Below, one piece after another: positions 62,801-64,000 of a stretch of DNA of 64,000 bases. The stretch covers positions 64,001-128,000 of the forward strand of contig CAWBQK010000015.1 of the NCBI GenBank assembly GCA_963791045.1, read 5' to 3'. The position numbers were made by a program, and so were the translations under genes. Each line of letters starts with the position of its first letter. Position 1 is the first letter of the stretch. The notes beneath the pieces were generated by a model. The model was not told the origin of the DNA. It saw nothing but the letters and a program-made list of their open reading frames with translations, and did not search any database. The DNA comes from Candidatus Latescibacterota bacterium (GTDB lineage Bacteria > Krumholzibacteriota > Krumholzibacteriia > WVZY01).

Positions 62801-64000
62801 ATCCGTCGAGATCCTCACTATCGAGAAGACCGTTTCCCTCCGTCCCGTTGATCCGTGTGAACCGATTGCCGTCTTCCTCGATCCTCTGGCTGATGTAGTC
62901 ATCGTCGGGATCGTCCCCCGCTTCGCCGGTTGAAATACCATCAAGACCGGTGTCTTCGTTGAGCTCACCGCCGATCGTAAAACCGTCGCGGTTGGAGTCT
63001 TCATTGTTGAATTCGTTGTCGTCCGGGTCGTAGAAATCCTCATCAATAAAACCGAGATCGAGGTGGAGGACACCCTTCCGGTCGGCTGATTTGGTCTGGA
63101 AATCGTTGACCCAAATTTCTATGAACTGCCCCTGCGACAAATCGAGACCGCCGCGAAAACCCGCCATGACGCCAGCCCACTCGGTCGAGTCGGTCGACGG
63201 TTCGAAGAATTCCACTTCGAGGGATGGAACGAGGGTGCTCTCCCGTTCATCGAGTTCCGGGTTGAGGTCGCGGCGGTGGACGCCACGGTCGGGCTCGATG
63301 TTGTACCAGAACAAGCCGGCGTTTTTTTCCGAAGACAGCGTCTGCGTAAACGTAGGATCTTCGGGATCGACGGGCGGACTCGCCCATGACCAGCTTCGCC
63401 GCGAAAGCGAAAGGATGTCCGAGTCTTCGACGCCTTCCATGTCGTCGATGTAGGCTTCGCCATTTGTGTTTGGATCGGGCATGCTGATGGCGATACCGCC
63501 GTTGACGCTCAGCGAACTCCTGGCGTCGGTATCGACGAGCGGCAGCATATTGACGATCGACGTAAATATCTTGGGCTCATACTGGAGATTGGCGTCGAGT
63601 CCACCGACGACGGAGCGCGTCGGCTCCTCTCCCAATCGGGGGTGCGTGGTCGAACTCGCCTTTGACTCGTAAAGCCACGTGGTGCCGATCCGCGAACTCT
63701 TCGAGAGGTTGAGGATCGAGTTGAACCCCAATAACGTGCTGGATGCCCCACCGGCAAATGGTTTGTACTCGTAGTCAATGGTTATGTTTGAACTTGGTGT
63801 GAGCTGATCGAGAACCTCGCCGGTGAGCTCGACCTCTCCCGTTTCGTAATCAATGTTGTAATCCCGGTTTCTCGCAAGCGTCCTGCCGTCGAGCTTGATA
63901 ACCTCGCTGCCTTCGGTGATGTTGAACGCGTCGATCCGGAACGTTCGGGAAGTGCTCGAACCACGCACAATGATATTGAACCGAGAACTCGACAGGAAAT
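59804..64000 (-). CDS. sprA: SprA/Sov-like giant outer-membrane barrel (T9SS translocon homologue), 3' part; indel near 60924
   Basis: LARNRDYNIDYETGEV, PRLGEEP, PDPNT-x-GEAYIDDMEG, WYN, EDTGLDG, TEGNG-x-LDSEDL and GEVWINDI motifs; beta-rich C-terminus ending in Phe. Confidence 0.85.

Overview
Gene-dense, GC-rich chromosomal segment from a diderm bacterium. Gene content (SprA, PorV-like, GWxTD proteins, ExbB-ExbD-ExbD-TonB, two-subunit GcvP) suggests an FCB-superphylum candidate lineage such as Krumholzibacteriota/Latescibacterota; this is inference only. Most genes lie on the minus strand. Housekeeping blocks: radC-mreBCD-mrdA-rodA-lgt, lysC, asnS-uvrA-gcvT/H/PA/PB, ald, and rimP-nusA-infB-DUF503-rbfA-truB-ribF-rpsO-pnp-M16 peptidase. 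Between them lies a ~22 kb envelope/uptake region in transcription order: oppBC-oppDF, TonB-dependent receptor, PorV-like barrel, GWxTD protein, ExbB-ExbD-ExbD-TonB, TolC, second GWxTD protein, dppABC, NlpC/P60 peptidase, and a probable major outer-membrane barrel. The right end holds a partial SprA (T9SS translocon) homologue followed by an M28/glutaminyl-cyclase-like lipoprotein. Best leads: (1) a T9SS-related module (SprA, PorV, GWxTD) linked to a TonB/ExbBD motor, with no GldKLMN in the window; (2) a probable Q-rule/pyroglutamate system; (3) a murein-peptide scavenging locus with a split ABC transporter; (4) a pseudoknotted rpsO leader; (5) a porin 5' UTR with three Shine-Dalgarno motifs. 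Many genes, including essential ones, carry single-base indels that look like long-read consensus errors. No rRNA, tRNA, CRISPR array or transposase was seen.
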